From contig PDPR01000011.1 of assembly GCA_002749285.1 (NCBI GenBank), positions 66,800 through 130,799 of the forward strand: a stretch of DNA of 64,000 nucleotides, read 5' to 3'. The stretch's first letter is position 1; each line of letters opens with the position of its first letter. The notes under the pieces were generated by a model, which did not search any database, was not told the origin of the DNA, and worked only from the letters and a program-made list of their open reading frames with translations. Positions 9,471-20,753 of this stretch are shown here, piece after piece. Source of the DNA: Maribacter sp. (GTDB lineage: Bacteria; Bacteroidota; Bacteroidia; Flavobacteriales; Flavobacteriaceae). A program made the position numbers and the translations under genes.

Positions 9471-11843
9471 TCACTTTATCCAGATATCGATCTTTGCCTC
9501 GCTCCCAAATCCATCAATAGCGGTTATGGTATGTTTCCCTATTGTGGGCACTATGCCCAATTCATGAAAGTTATTGGTTTGGCCTAGGTATTCCTCATCC
9601 AAATACCAATAAACCGCTGTTTCGGGTTTGGTATGTGCCAACTTCAGTATCAGCTCATTCAAATTACCATCAAAATTCCGGGTCAAGCTTATTTGGGTAT
9701 TGTTCTTTGGATAAACGAACTCCATTGAAGGCTCCAATGTGTTTTTGCAATTTTCCTTAAAAGGTGGCAAAACCCTATAAGTAGGGTGGTTTTTTTTATA
9801 ATAGAACGCCATTAAGGGAGGAAGTACGAACCAAGGTTCCCGATGGGCGAGGGATATATCCGCACATGAGGAATTTACCCTATACTGTCTTCGGTGGTCT
9901 AAAAGAACCATCCTATGGTATCTACAGGCCTCAACATAATTGTTCTTTCCAGGAATGGAAATTGTCTTTGTCGGACAGTTTTTGGTGGCTAGGAAGCCAC
10001 TGTTGCTGCATACTTCTATCGATACGAATTCATCCAATGGTTTTCTGAACCATTCAGATTTCGGAAGCACGTCAAAAACATCGAAGAGGATAGGTGCGGC
10101 ACTCGTTACCCCAGTGACATTGGGCCTGCCTTCCCCATCGGCATTACCTACCCAGATACCGACAACATAGTCCTTTGTGGTTCCTATGGCCCATGCATCC
10201 TTGTTGCCGAAACTTGTACCGGTTTTCCAAGCGATTTCCTTGCTACTGTCGAAAAATTTCCAAGATTCATTGCCTTGGGGGCGGTTCACCTCTTTCATCG
10301 CCTCAAATGTAAGGTAGATACTGGCCGCATCAAGAATGGTCTTTTCGATGGTTTTTTTTCCAAAATCAGCCGTATGCCCTTTAATTGGAATCGGGTTTAT
10401 GAACTCCTGATCAAAATACTCGCTCGATGTCGTATTAAAATGATTGACCGTTGACGCCATTGAGGCGTAGGTTTTGCAAAGATCCCATAAACTACTTTCC
10501 GCTCCTCCCAAGATTAATGTAAGGCCATAATGGTCGGCAGGCTTATCGATACCCTTGATATGAAAGGCATTCAATTGATCTCGGAAACGCTCTAGCCCAT
10601 ACTTTTGCAACAATCGGACCGCAGGAATGTTCAAGGAGCGTACCAAGGCTTTTTTTGCCTCAACGGCCCCACTATAATCCTTGTTGAAATTCTCAGGGTT
10701 ATACCCGGCGATCTGTGTGGGCACATCAGGCACCAACATGTCGGGCAACAATTCCCCGGCATCCATCATTACCGCATACAGCAATGGTTTTAGTGTACTC
10801 CCTGTACTTCTAGTAGCCTGAACCATGTCCACATCTTTTTGATGTTCCTTATCTGTTGGTGTGTTTCCCACATAGGCCAATACCTGTCTCGTATGTACAT
10901 CCAATACCAACACAGCGGCATTATGCACTTGGTTCTGTTTTAGATTATCATAGTGGTTTTTTAAAATAGCATTGACATTGGATTGCAGATTCCCGTCGAT
11001 GGTCGAAACTATTCGCTCCCCCTTATGGTTCCTTGCCAAGTAATGCACAAGATGGGATGCGGATTTTGGCAATGGACGTGGTTTTTGTGGTAATTCTTCC
11101 AATAGTGCCAACTCATAGGTCGTACGGTCCAGAATCCCTTTCCGAAATAATTTTTTCAGTAATCGATTTCTTTTTTCAAGCAATTTCCCTTGATTCTTGC
11201 CAGGGTATATAAGACTTGGGGCATTGGGCAAAACTGCCAAAGTAGCCGATTCCGCCCAGGATAATTGATGGGGCTGTAACCCAAAAAAGCGCCAAGCGGC
11301 CACATCGATCCCCACGACATTCCCCCCAAAAGGGGCATGACTTGCATAAAGACCCAAGATCTCCTCCTTGGTATGGCGAAGTTCCAATCGGGTCGCCAGA
11401 ACCAATTCAATAACCTTTTCCCAATAGGTGCGTTTTTTGCCATTTCTGGACAAACGGATGACCTGTTGGGTCAAGGTACTTCCTCCTCGGACAGATTTAC
11501 CTGCCTTTATATTGGTTGCCAAGGCCTTGGCCATGGAAACAGGGTTAAAACCCGGATGCTGGTAAAAATAGGCATCCTCGAACTGGACAATACAGGTCTT
11601 GAACTTTGAGGGCACACTATCAACCTCAGGGAACCGCCATTGCCCATCATCGGCGATTATGGCCCCTAAGAGTTTTCCGTCACTACTTTCAATTACCGTG
11701 GCAGTCGGGTCCACAAAAATATCTTTGGGCAGACAGAAATAATAAACAAGGAGAATAACCGTGAAAACCAATACCCGCTTGGGATGTTTTCCCAACCATA
11801 CCCTTATGGTTCCATCCTTAAAAGAAAATATTCTACCGATCAA
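9471..11843 (-). CDS. pbpC: penicillin-binding protein 1C
   Basis: Transglycosylase motifs (FEDAYFYQHPG, GGSTLTQQ), STLK, SLN and KTGTS, BiPBP_C tail; A2M gene nearby; exact start uncertain. Confidence 0.93.
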   Translation of the reverse strand: MIGRIFSFKDGTIRVWLGKHPKRVLVFTVILLVYYFCLPKDIFVDPTATVIESSDGKLLGAIIADDGQWRFPEVDSVPSKFKTCIVQFEDAYFYQHPGFNPVSMAKALATNIKAGKSVRGGSTLTQQVIRLSRNGKKRTYWEKVIELVLATRLELRHTKEEILGLYASHAPFGGNVVGIDVAAWRFFGLQPHQLSWAESATLAVLPNAPSLIYPGKNQGKLLEKRNRLLKKLFRKGILDRTTYELALLEELPQKPRPLPKSASHLVHYLARNHKGERIVSTIDGNLQSNVNAILKNHYDNLKQNQVHNAAVLVLDVHTRQVLAYVGNTPTDKEHQKDVDMVQATRSTGSTLKPLLYAVMMDAGELLPDMLVPDVPTQIAGYNPENFNKDYSGAVEAKKALVRSLNIPAVRLLQKYGLERFRDQLNAFHIKGIDKPADHYGLTLILGGAESSLWDLCKTYASMASTVNHFNTTSSEYFDQEFINPIPIKGHTADFGKKTIEKTILDAASIYLTFEAMKEVNRPQGNESWKFFDSSKEIAWKTGTSFGNKDAWAIGTTKDYVVGIWVGNADGEGRPNVTGVTSAAPILFDVFDVLPKSEWFRKPLDEFVSIEVCSNSGFLATKNCPTKTISIPGKNNYVEACRYHRMVLLDHRRQYRVNSSCADISLAHREPWFVLPPLMAFYYKKNHPTYRVLPPFKENCKNTLEPSMEFVYPKNNTQISLTRNFDGNLNELILKLAHTKPETAVYWYLDEEYLGQTNNFHELGIVPTIGKHTITAIDGFGSEAKIDIWIK

Positions 11844-12061
11844 GCCTATATTTACGTTCTACCAAACAAATCCCATCCTTATACTACTATGCATAAAACC
11901 GATTACCTTTCCCAAGAGCTTTCAAAATCTAAAGGGCCACCGTATAATAGGGCCTTGCCATCATTCGTTATTATCAAACCGTGAAGGCACGAATTCTAAT
12001 GGTCGATGGATTACGTTATCCATATCAAGTTTATGACCTATACCTGAAAATATGAAAACCA

Positions 12062-12418
12062 TCAATATATATACTCCTTTTCCATAAAATACATTACAAT
12101 GGCCTCTTTCATAAGTATAGATTGCTCACCTGCCTTTAATACCGGTAATTCTTCCTTGACCGTGTAATGGGGCCATCCCTCTTCATCAAAAAAATCAAAT
12201 TCATAATAACCATAAGGTTCCAATAAACGACAGATGGCAATATGCATCAAATCCAATTTATCGTCCTTTTTAAAGGTGTTATGGTATTGACCCAATTCCT
12301 GGACCCCCACCAAATAGATGATAGCGTCCAACTCCAAGATATCCCCATCGGCAAATTGGTCCGAAAGCTTTTTGACCAATTGCTCCCATCGCTCCTTTAA
12401 TTGCAGGTCCCTTGACAT
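12062..12418 (-). CDS. conserved hypothetical protein
   Basis: LVGVQELG...DLMHIAICRLLEPYGYY...GWPH; ATG 12418 follows a TACCTTTG box at 12436-12443. Confidence 0.75.
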   Translation of the reverse strand: MSRDLQLKERWEQLVKKLSDQFADGDILELDAIIYLVGVQELGQYHNTFKKDDKLDLMHIAICRLLEPYGYYEFDFFDEEGWPHYTVKEELPVLKAGEQSILMKEAIVMYFMEKEYIY

Positions 12419-12564
12419 AGATTTGTTTTCTGATCCAAAGGTACAAATCAATGTTTTATATTTGTCCATGAAACTTGTTTTGGCACGTATTGATTCCCTA
12501 TTAGGATAATTGGGTTTCCCCTAGACCACATTTAGGTCCCTGAACTCGTTTAAAAACAATCAAG

Positions 12565-13074
12565 ATGGGAATATTGGATATTATTTTGGGGCTTTTACTG
12601 ATCTACGGACTTTATAAAGGTTTTAAGAACGGTCTATTTATTGAGATTGCCTCGATCATCGCATTGGTGGCCGGACTATATGGTGCCATACATTTTTCTT
12701 ATATAGCAGGTGGCTACCTGTCGGAAAATATGGAATGGAACGAACGCTATATGAACATCACTGCATTTATCATAACTTTTGCCATCATTGTCCTTTCAGT
12801 ACACCTAGCTGGGAAATTCCTGACTAAAATCGCTGATTTCGCTATGCTCGGACTATTGAACAAAATAGCAGGGGGTATTTTTGGCGCCTTGAAAGTGGCT
12901 GTGATCGTCGGTGCCATTTTGGTGTTCTTTGAACGTGCCAATTCTGCGGTTAACTTGGTCAAGAACAAAACGTTGGAAGAATCGGTACTCTACGGGCCCG
13001 TAAAGGAAATAGGTGCATTGGTCTTCTCAAAGGTCTTGAAGGAAAAGAAGGAAAGCAATACCCAAGAAGAATAA
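12565..13074 (+). CDS. CvpA (colicin V production) family membrane protein
   Basis: LDII...GLYKGFKNGL, LLNKIAGGIFG; four TM segments. Confidence 0.9.
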   Translation: MGILDIILGLLLIYGLYKGFKNGLFIEIASIIALVAGLYGAIHFSYIAGGYLSENMEWNERYMNITAFIITFAIIVLSVHLAGKFLTKIADFAMLGLLNKIAGGIFGALKVAVIVGAILVFFERANSAVNLVKNKTLEESVLYGPVKEIGALVFSKVLKEKKESNTQEE

Positions 13075-13357
13075 TCCAACGGTCTTGTTAAGGCGGTTTT
13101 AGGATTGAAATGATGCTGGGGAACTAAGACCATCAAGCCTATATAAGGGCATTATCTACATCGAATGGGGCAAAGACCATTCGTTGGCCCAAACCCTTAG
13201 AGTATCCTATAATCCAGCTCGATAAATCCCGAACACCGAGGTATTTGAACCCAAGGCAAAAAGAGTTTGCGTTTAATTCCTCCTTTCGGTTGGTGTTATC
13301 TTCTTCCTTTTCGTCTTATACCTATTTTCCGGTATACCTATTTCCTTTATCAAATAA

Positions 13358-16300
13358 CTATTGTACCACTTCGACCCACCTACCCTTGGTCCTTACGGCA
13401 TAGTCATTGTCGTACATGGCCTCTGCCTGTACCCCCGGCAAATAATACGTACCCAGATAAGAGGCATTCAATAAAACCCTAAAGGTCTTTGTTTCATTCC
13501 TATCAAGACTGAAATAAAAATTGGCCCTATCATCCCGTATATCGGTATAGTCGACTTGGTTTTGTTCAAATTCGCCAAAATCTGTAAATCGTGTATTTAC
13601 AATTTCCCATCCACTAGGGAAAATTTGTGCCAATGCCACATTCCCGATCTTATTTCCCGTGGTATTGGTCAAGGTAACCTCAGCGACAAAGTCGGTACCC
13701 TGCATAACCTTGGAAATATCGATATGGGAACCGTCCCTTGCCTTAAAGACCGAACTGACCCTAAGGTTTCGCCAGAATTCCTTTTCCTCACCTATCGGTA
13801 GTTTCCCGTTATTTACAATTGAAACGTACAATGTGTTCTGATTCAGGTTTGATATTGCAATGCTATTGCTTCCATCTTTTATCCCCAACCCGTGTTCTGC
13901 GAGGGTCTTTGGCGTATTTATATCTATTGAAGTACCGTTAACGTCCACTTTGGCCTTGATGCCCTTGCCCCCTACCATCTCCGCGAACTTGGCCATTGCC
14001 AAGAGACTATAAGCCGTACTTTGCGTACTCATCCATTGTTTGTCCCCCAATCGTTCGGCTAACTTTTTGGCCAATTCCCTAGCCTTAGATTTATCGCCAA
14101 GCAATACAAATGTTTCCAGGGCCATAGCGTTATTCCTGCTTTCAGAACCATACGTATAATAGTCGTTCCCATAGTCTGTAAAATCCAACTTGGCATTGGA
14201 AACCACCTCTTCCGCAACACGTTTTTGGCCGATCAATGCATAGGTCGCTGCAAGACGGTATTGCGATTCACTGGAAAGACCATGGGTCTCCCTTAAACGG
14301 TTCATCGATGCCATATCCGCATTCCCTGACAAGGCAAGGGTATACAGACGATAGGCCTGTGCCAAATCGGAATTCCCCGAGCCACTTCGCCATTGTCTGG
14401 CAACCTGCTGTTGGTAACTTACCCAACTTGACTTAAACCCAATGGGCAGTACATAACCCTTGTTCTCTGCCTCAATCAAGAAATGTCCTGCAAATGAAGT
14501 GCCCCAATCGTTAACCTTTCCCTGTCCCGGCCAATACGAGAACCCCCCGTTTGGCAATTGGTAGCCTCCCAATTTCTGGATAGCATTCTCTATGTTCTTT
14601 TGTACCTGGTTTTTACGATTTGCATCCAAATCAAAAATATCGGACAGGAACAATTGGGGGAAAGCCGCAGAGGTAGTCTGTTCTACACAACCATGGGGAT
14701 ACCGGATCAGATATTTCATTCGCCCATTGAAGTTCATGGGTGGCAAGGTCGAAAATTCAATTTGGGCCGAATTGCTTCCTGCAATCCCAAAAGTTTGAAG
14801 GTCCAAGGTTTGGCTACCTTGTGCATCAAGAACCAGATCCTGGACCGCAGAAGTCATCGGATTGGGGTTGACCACGTCTATCGGGATTTCAAATGAGGCC
14901 TTTTCGCCATTACCCCTTGCCTCTATCCTTACTTTTCCTATACCCTTGTAATCAGATACATTTAACTTGAAATAGACCATTTTCTCATCGGGCCCTGCGA
15001 ATGGGACGGATTGTGAGGCAGCCCCCTCAATAGTGAATGCCTGGTCCTTTTTTATGGAAATAGTGACATTACGCACATTCTTTTCCATGGCAAATACCGT
15101 AACCGGAAGGGTTACCTTTTCTCCCTGTGTTATTTTTCTGGGCAAGGAGGCCAATACCATCAACGGCTTTCTGACCTTGGAGGTCTTCTCGGCACTACCA
15201 TAAGCCCCATTGGTGTTTTCCCCTGCGACGATCATGGTTCGTACCGAACCTATATATTTCGGTATTTTGATCTCATGTGATCGGGTCTGGCCTTTTTTTA
15301 GTTCAAAAGGACCTAGATGAATTACCATAGGTTCAAACCTGTTCGCCTTTTTATTCTTGGCCCCTGCCAATCCCCCATCACCCCCTATGGCAAACACCTG
15401 GTCTATACGACCGCCGAAAGCCCCAATCACATCATCGTAAACATCCCATGTTTTCACCCCTAGGGCCTCATTGGCATAAAATGTATCCCATGGGTCGGGG
15501 GTTTTGAACCGCGTCAGGTCCAATAGCCCCTCATCTACGATCGCAACGCTATAGGTCATTGCCTTTTTATTTGCCTCACTTACCTTTAAAGTGATACCCT
15601 CCTCTGGTCGCAACACCTCGGGCATTGCAATAACAGGCTGTAATTTGGTGGTTGGGTCCTCTACCGAAATGGGTTTTAGGCCATATAACCGGATAGGGGA
15701 ATCATTCTGTGTTGAGGCATGTGGCTGCAATAATGAAATATGTACGAATACGTTTGGTGTATAAAGATCCTTTATAGGGAGTTCGAACTGCGTATCACCC
15801 TTGGTGGTCCCAACCCAAAGGGACTCCAAGACCTCACTACCGTTCTCGATAGTAACCAGTGCCCTTCCCCCTTCAGAACTAGGGAAGGTCACCTTGGCCG
15901 TTTCCCCTACATTATAAACTTCCTTATCCGTGGAAAAAACCAGCATGGTCGCTGCCGAAGGGTCATTCTTCCTGGATTTGCCGGCCCAACCTGGCCAATC
16001 GATATAAATGGTCTTTCCTGTTGCATGGCCTCCATTGGGATCCTCGACACGTACCAGATAGCGACCCCAATCGGGGTATTTCAACTCAAAATCGAAAGTG
16101 GCGACACCTTTGGTATTGGTGCTTATGGTTTTGGAAAAGACTTTTTCGCGGTAATTGCTGCTGTTAAAATCACTGAGATTATCCGCAGAAGTATCCCACC
16201 ACCATCTCCAATGTACTTTGTGAATGGTGACCTTAAGGTTCTTTGCTGCTTTCGGGTTCCCCTTTTCGTCCACTGATACCACCTCGAAAAGGTGCTTGGT

Positions 16301-18874
16301 ATCTGTCAACAACATTCCCCTGTTCTTGTCCCCTTTGGGGGTATTCAATCCAATGTAGGTTTCATAAGGGGAATAAGGTTTTACAAATACATCGGTGCTG
16401 AAATCCCCACCATTTTCATACACTTTTGTAATAAAAGCGGCATTGAGCATTCCCGGTGCCCTATTCGTCAATTCGGTATCCATGCTGAAATCTACCTTGC
16501 CCTCTTCATTCAACCTCCCATCAAAAACCCGTTGTTCCTCAGGGGTAAAGGCTCTTGTCGGGTCATCAAAAACATAATTCGGAAAGGACTTAAAGCTTGT
16601 TTTCCTTGCATTGAACTTAGCGGTCACATCGGCCTTTAGGTTCTTCGCTATGGCTCCATGAAGCCATTTAACCTCCAAATTACCCGATATTGGCTTAGAC
16701 CCGGAAAGGATCTCCCCATCAAAACTTGATTTGATCTTCAACCGATTGGGCTTAATGGTTTCGATCTTAATGGGTTTGGTAAAGGTTGCCCCACCAACCG
16801 ACACTTTTGCCAACCAATTTCCCGTTGGTGCATTCCCATCGGTTTTGATCATAAAATGATAAAAATTGTTCAGCCCGGAATTTTGGACCTCACGCAAGAC
16901 CACTTTGTTATAAGGGTCGATCAATTCGAGTTTCACAGGGTGGTTGTCGGGTAGTTCATTGGCATTATCATTCAACAGGAATGAAAGGAATATTCGATCT
17001 CCGGGACGCCATACACCACGTTCCCCGAAAATGAAACCTTTAATGCCTTTCTGCAATTGTACCCCGGCCACATTGAATTTGCTCACCGATAGTGAGTTGC
17101 CATCGTTGAGTTTAATATAGGTTTTCTGTCCGTTATGCTCGACAATGGCAAAATAGGCCACTTTTTCGGCGTCGAAGATAGATGTGCCATCAGTATCTGT
17201 AACAACACTGCCTAAAGGTTGTTGTTGAAAATTATAAAAGGTGACCTTTGCTCCAGAAACAGGGTCTGTGTTCAAAATATCATTGACGGCGACAAAGTAA
17301 CTATTGTTCGATCCTTTTTTTACAGTGACCCCCAGATTACTAGCCAAGACATTGATACCGATTTTCTTATCGTAATAATAAGACGTGTGGCAGGGATTGT
17401 CGCGCTCGTACCAGTCATAATCATAATCGTCATAATAATCGGTTTCCATACCATCCCAAGAACTGTCTTCTTCCTCTTCGTCAAAGTTCTCCTCTGTATC
17501 GGTCTCTGTCCCGAAATTGGTGGTGTCGCATTTATAGGAGCTATAAGAAGGTTTAATATCAAACTCCACCCGGTAAATAGCCCCGGGGTCGGGTGTTATC
17601 AATGTTTTAAGATCCAACGCATGGGCCGACCATTTGTCGTCCCTGTGTGACAATTGGGTTTGTAGGTCTATTTTCTTTTTGACGATAGGGCGGGCAACGG
17701 AACGTAGATTGCCATTACCATCGATAGTATTTCCCTGAAGGAATTGAAGGACATTGTTCTCATAGATCTTCAAAACAGATATGTCAACAGCTTTAAGGTT
17801 TACCGTCTCGAAATTTATCTTTAAGTTGCTCGATGACGGCAATATTGTGCCATTGCTCAACAATCGTATTTGGGGTTTGATCTGTTCAAAGGCCAAACGC
17901 TCCTCGAACTTTGACGTTAATTTATACCCATCGATACTTTCAATGCCGTCAAAGACCTCTAAAAACGCCATTCCTTTTATTTCTTGGTTAGGATAAATTC
18001 TTAGAACATTCCCATCTACCACTATCCTTGGATTGGAAGCACCTTCCAAGACCACCAGGCCTTTCAGGTTTTGACCCTTTTTTATGGGATCGGAAAAATT
18101 GACCAAGACCAATTGCTCTTCCCCGTTTTGCACCAAGGCCTCCAAGACAATGAAATTGTTCCTTCCCGGAATCTTTATGGTGTTCTTGCCCGAACTTTCA
18201 ATATTCCGTTTTGTCCCATCCCAAAGTACCTCAAGGGACGAATCCTCCTCAAAGCGTTGTATGCTGTCGATCTTAAAAAAGAACTGGGTGCCTTCCGTCA
18301 CCGAACTTTCAAACTTAAGATTGATATGCCTCCCGTCCTGCCTTGCCGATATAAGTTCTTCCAATTCCTGTAAGGACATGATATCGGAACTTTGTACATG
18401 TCCGGTAATGTATTGTAGCTCTTTGGAATATGACTGCAATGGCCCGGTGTAGACATTGAATTGTTGCTTTTGTGTTTTTACGCCAAAAGCCATGGTCCCC
18501 AGTTCTTCTGGAGTCTCATCTATAATTTCCTTCAGTGCCAGAACAAATGTATAATCCGTATCCTGATCAAGGCTTTTTTCAGGGACAAAAGCTATTGTCC
18601 TATTGTTCAATGCCACTACCTTACCTTTCACCTTGGGGCTTACCATAAGTAGACCATCATCCAATTCATCCCCATTTTCCCAAGATCCAACAGGTTGGTT
18701 CAGCACAACCCGGATATCACTTTTCGCAGAAATAATACCATGGGTTACCTCGGATATATAAGCTTGGTATTTACTAAGGTCATCAAATTGTTCTATTGAC
18801 GTTTCCTTTCTGGAGTTACACCCCAAAAGTATAATCGAAAGAAGGGTCAAATGTATTACGTGGGCAATTTTCAT
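13358..18874 (-). CDS. bacterial alpha-2-macroglobulin (lipoprotein)
   Basis: 1838 aa; lipobox LLGC; RGVWRPGD MG2 motif; thioester motif YPHGCVEQ; C-terminal AEAMYD. Confidence 0.95.
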   Translation of the reverse strand: MKIAHVIHLTLLSIILLGCNSRKETSIEQFDDLSKYQAYISEVTHGIISAKSDIRVVLNQPVGSWENGDELDDGLLMVSPKVKGKVVALNNRTIAFVPEKSLDQDTDYTFVLALKEIIDETPEELGTMAFGVKTQKQQFNVYTGPLQSYSKELQYITGHVQSSDIMSLQELEELISARQDGRHINLKFESSVTEGTQFFFKIDSIQRFEEDSSLEVLWDGTKRNIESSGKNTIKIPGRNNFIVLEALVQNGEEQLVLVNFSDPIKKGQNLKGLVVLEGASNPRIVVDGNVLRIYPNQEIKGMAFLEVFDGIESIDGYKLTSKFEERLAFEQIKPQIRLLSNGTILPSSSNLKINFETVNLKAVDISVLKIYENNVLQFLQGNTIDGNGNLRSVARPIVKKKIDLQTQLSHRDDKWSAHALDLKTLITPDPGAIYRVEFDIKPSYSSYKCDTTNFGTETDTEENFDEEEEDSSWDGMETDYYDDYDYDWYERDNPCHTSYYYDKKIGINVLASNLGVTVKKGSNNSYFVAVNDILNTDPVSGAKVTFYNFQQQPLGSVVTDTDGTSIFDAEKVAYFAIVEHNGQKTYIKLNDGNSLSVSKFNVAGVQLQKGIKGFIFGERGVWRPGDRIFLSFLLNDNANELPDNHPVKLELIDPYNKVVLREVQNSGLNNFYHFMIKTDGNAPTGNWLAKVSVGGATFTKPIKIETIKPNRLKIKSSFDGEILSGSKPISGNLEVKWLHGAIAKNLKADVTAKFNARKTSFKSFPNYVFDDPTRAFTPEEQRVFDGRLNEEGKVDFSMDTELTNRAPGMLNAAFITKVYENGGDFSTDVFVKPYSPYETYIGLNTPKGDKNRGMLLTDTKHLFEVVSVDEKGNPKAAKNLKVTIHKVHWRWWWDTSADNLSDFNSSNYREKVFSKTISTNTKGVATFDFELKYPDWGRYLVRVEDPNGGHATGKTIYIDWPGWAGKSRKNDPSAATMLVFSTDKEVYNVGETAKVTFPSSEGGRALVTIENGSEVLESLWVGTTKGDTQFELPIKDLYTPNVFVHISLLQPHASTQNDSPIRLYGLKPISVEDPTTKLQPVIAMPEVLRPEEGITLKVSEANKKAMTYSVAIVDEGLLDLTRFKTPDPWDTFYANEALGVKTWDVYDDVIGAFGGRIDQVFAIGGDGGLAGAKNKKANRFEPMVIHLGPFELKKGQTRSHEIKIPKYIGSVRTMIVAGENTNGAYGSAEKTSKVRKPLMVLASLPRKITQGEKVTLPVTVFAMEKNVRNVTISIKKDQAFTIEGAASQSVPFAGPDEKMVYFKLNVSDYKGIGKVRIEARGNGEKASFEIPIDVVNPNPMTSAVQDLVLDAQGSQTLDLQTFGIAGSNSAQIEFSTLPPMNFNGRMKYLIRYPHGCVEQTTSAAFPQLFLSDIFDLDANRKNQVQKNIENAIQKLGGYQLPNGGFSYWPGQGKVNDWGTSFAGHFLIEAENKGYVLPIGFKSSWVSYQQQVARQWRSGSGNSDLAQAYRLYTLALSGNADMASMNRLRETHGLSSESQYRLAATYALIGQKRVAEEVVSNAKLDFTDYGNDYYTYGSESRNNAMALETFVLLGDKSKARELAKKLAERLGDKQWMSTQSTAYSLLAMAKFAEMVGGKGIKAKVDVNGTSIDINTPKTLAEHGLGIKDGSNSIAISNLNQNTLYVSIVNNGKLPIGEEKEFWRNLRVSSVFKARDGSHIDISKVMQGTDFVAEVTLTNTTGNKIGNVALAQIFPSGWEIVNTRFTDFGEFEQNQVDYTDIRDDRANFYFSLDRNETKTFRVLLNASYLGTYYLPGVQAEAMYDNDYAVRTKGRWVEVVQ

Positions 18875-19204
18875 AAAACGGATATTTAGTATATTAGTAT
18901 AAAAGTAGTGGGGATTTCACAAAAAAGAAAGATTAAAACCCAATATGTTATTCCTGTAAGAAAAGACCAAGGATTTCCCATTACCCTATATTGAATGATA
19001 AATCGATAAAAAGCAACCTCGTTCAATGACATGTATGGAATCGGGTTGCAGTTCATCAAAAAAACATCTATCGATTAGGTTGTTGTTACAAATTTTTATA
19101 TCATTACGGCAGTTGAAGAACCCCATTCGACTATAGAGTACGAAACCCCATTCCACACCTACTTGCAATGCAAGAATACGCCTACTTACAATTTAGAATA
19201 TTGT

Positions 19205-19681
19205 ATGAAAATGAGATTGTCACAAGCATTCCTCATTATGTTTGTTTTAATTCTAAATTCTTGTTCACAGGAATCGTTGGATAATACAGATATTATTGAG
19301 GCAAAGAATGCCATTGAAGTAGAGAATGAACTTTTGGATATTGTTAACGACTATAGGTTATCTATGGGATATTCCCCAATGGAATTTAGCACCATTGCCT
19401 ATGGGTACGCCAACAAACACAATGACCACATGATAGCGACCGGCAATCTTAGCCACCATGGTTTTAATTCCAGGGCCTCGAGTATCTCCTCTGAGGTCAA
19501 TGCCGAATTGGTTGCTGAAAATATCGCCAAGGACTACACTTCTGCCCATGGGGCGTTTGAGGAATGGCTGGCTAGTGATGAACACAAAAAAACCATCGAG
19601 GGTGATTTTACACATACAGCGGTTAGTGTTAAAAAGGATAGCCAAGGCCATTTATACTTTACACAACTCTTCTATCGGTAG
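19205..19681 (+). CDS. CAP/SCP domain lipoprotein
   Basis: Lipobox LNSC; VNDYR, HNDHM...LSHHGF, AENIA, WLASDEH, YFTQLF. Confidence 0.9.
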   Translation: MKMRLSQAFLIMFVLILNSCSQESLDNTDIIEAKNAIEVENELLDIVNDYRLSMGYSPMEFSTIAYGYANKHNDHMIATGNLSHHGFNSRASSISSEVNAELVAENIAKDYTSAHGAFEEWLASDEHKKTIEGDFTHTAVSVKKDSQGHLYFTQLFYR

Positions 19682-19795
19682 GTAACGAACAAACCTAAAG
19701 TCTGATTTTCTTTTCTTATATTTGAATTACCGACCTGTAAGGGCTTTTGTACGAAATGATACACTGGGCAAGTTATTAATACTCAAATTTCAATT

Positions 19796-20338
19796 ATGGC
19801 TATTCCCCCCCCTTTTAATCTATTAAAGTGGATTGAAGAAAATCGGGATTCATTAAAACCCCCTATAGGGAATAAAAACCTGTATAAGGAATCAGGTGAT
19901 TATATTGTGATGGTCGTTGCTGGGCCAAATGCCCGTAAAGATTACCATTACAATGAGACCGAGGAACTTTTTTTTCAATTGGAAGGCAATATAGAAATCC
20001 ATATTCAAGAAAATGGGGGGAAAAGAACAATGGAACTTGGTCCAGGAGACATGTACCTACATCCGGCGAAAGTGCCCCATTCCCCTGTTCGGCACGAAGA
20101 ATCCATAGGATTGGTCGTTGAACGAAAAAGAACCGATATGGCCATTGATGATGGACTATTATGGTTCTGTGACAATTGCAACCACAAATTATACGAGGCC
20201 TATTTTACCCTGAATGATATTGAAAAGGATTTTTTGGCACATTTTAAACATTTTTATGGTTCCAAGGAATTACGTACCTGCGACAATTGTGGTACGGTAA
20301 TGCCTGTTGATAGGCGTTTTATTTCAGATGACCATTAA
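19796..20338 (+). CDS. nbaC: 3-hydroxyanthranilate 3,4-dioxygenase
   Basis: GPNARKDYH, EELFFQ, VPHSP and two CxxC rubredoxin-like motifs; TATATTTG box at 19717-19724. Confidence 0.95.
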   Translation: MAIPPPFNLLKWIEENRDSLKPPIGNKNLYKESGDYIVMVVAGPNARKDYHYNETEELFFQLEGNIEIHIQENGGKRTMELGPGDMYLHPAKVPHSPVRHEESIGLVVERKRTDMAIDDGLLWFCDNCNHKLYEAYFTLNDIEKDFLAHFKHFYGSKELRTCDNCGTVMPVDRRFISDDH

Positions 20339-20753
20339 ACTATTGACATTCTTTTATGGTCGATTGTGGTGTTACGGATGTTCACACTTGGACAAAACAG
20401 ACCGGTTCAAGGTCGCTTAGCCTTGGTCGCCGCCGCTGATAGGATAAAAGCCGCTGTTTTGGCATTTCTCCCAAAACTTCCAAAATTCTTTCATAATTTG
20501 CCTCTAAGTTGTTCATTTAAAATACTTTGTGGCTAAAATAGATTACTGATTACCAGTAAGATGAACAGCTTTTTTCTTTCAAATCATAATGTACAACGGG
20601 TTTTTTTCAGGTAGTATGCAATCATAAGCATAGCCCTGCTCTTGACCAAATAATCACTGTTGGCCATTCTTATATATCCCTCCCAATGATAAACCGCATG
20701 ATTATTCGTAGCTTTGTCATATATTCAACAATACGCGGTAAAAAAGTTATATT

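Noticed and set aside
20340-20500. Short minus-strand frame MKEFWKFWEK...
   Set aside because: Stops after 25 codons; no assignable family
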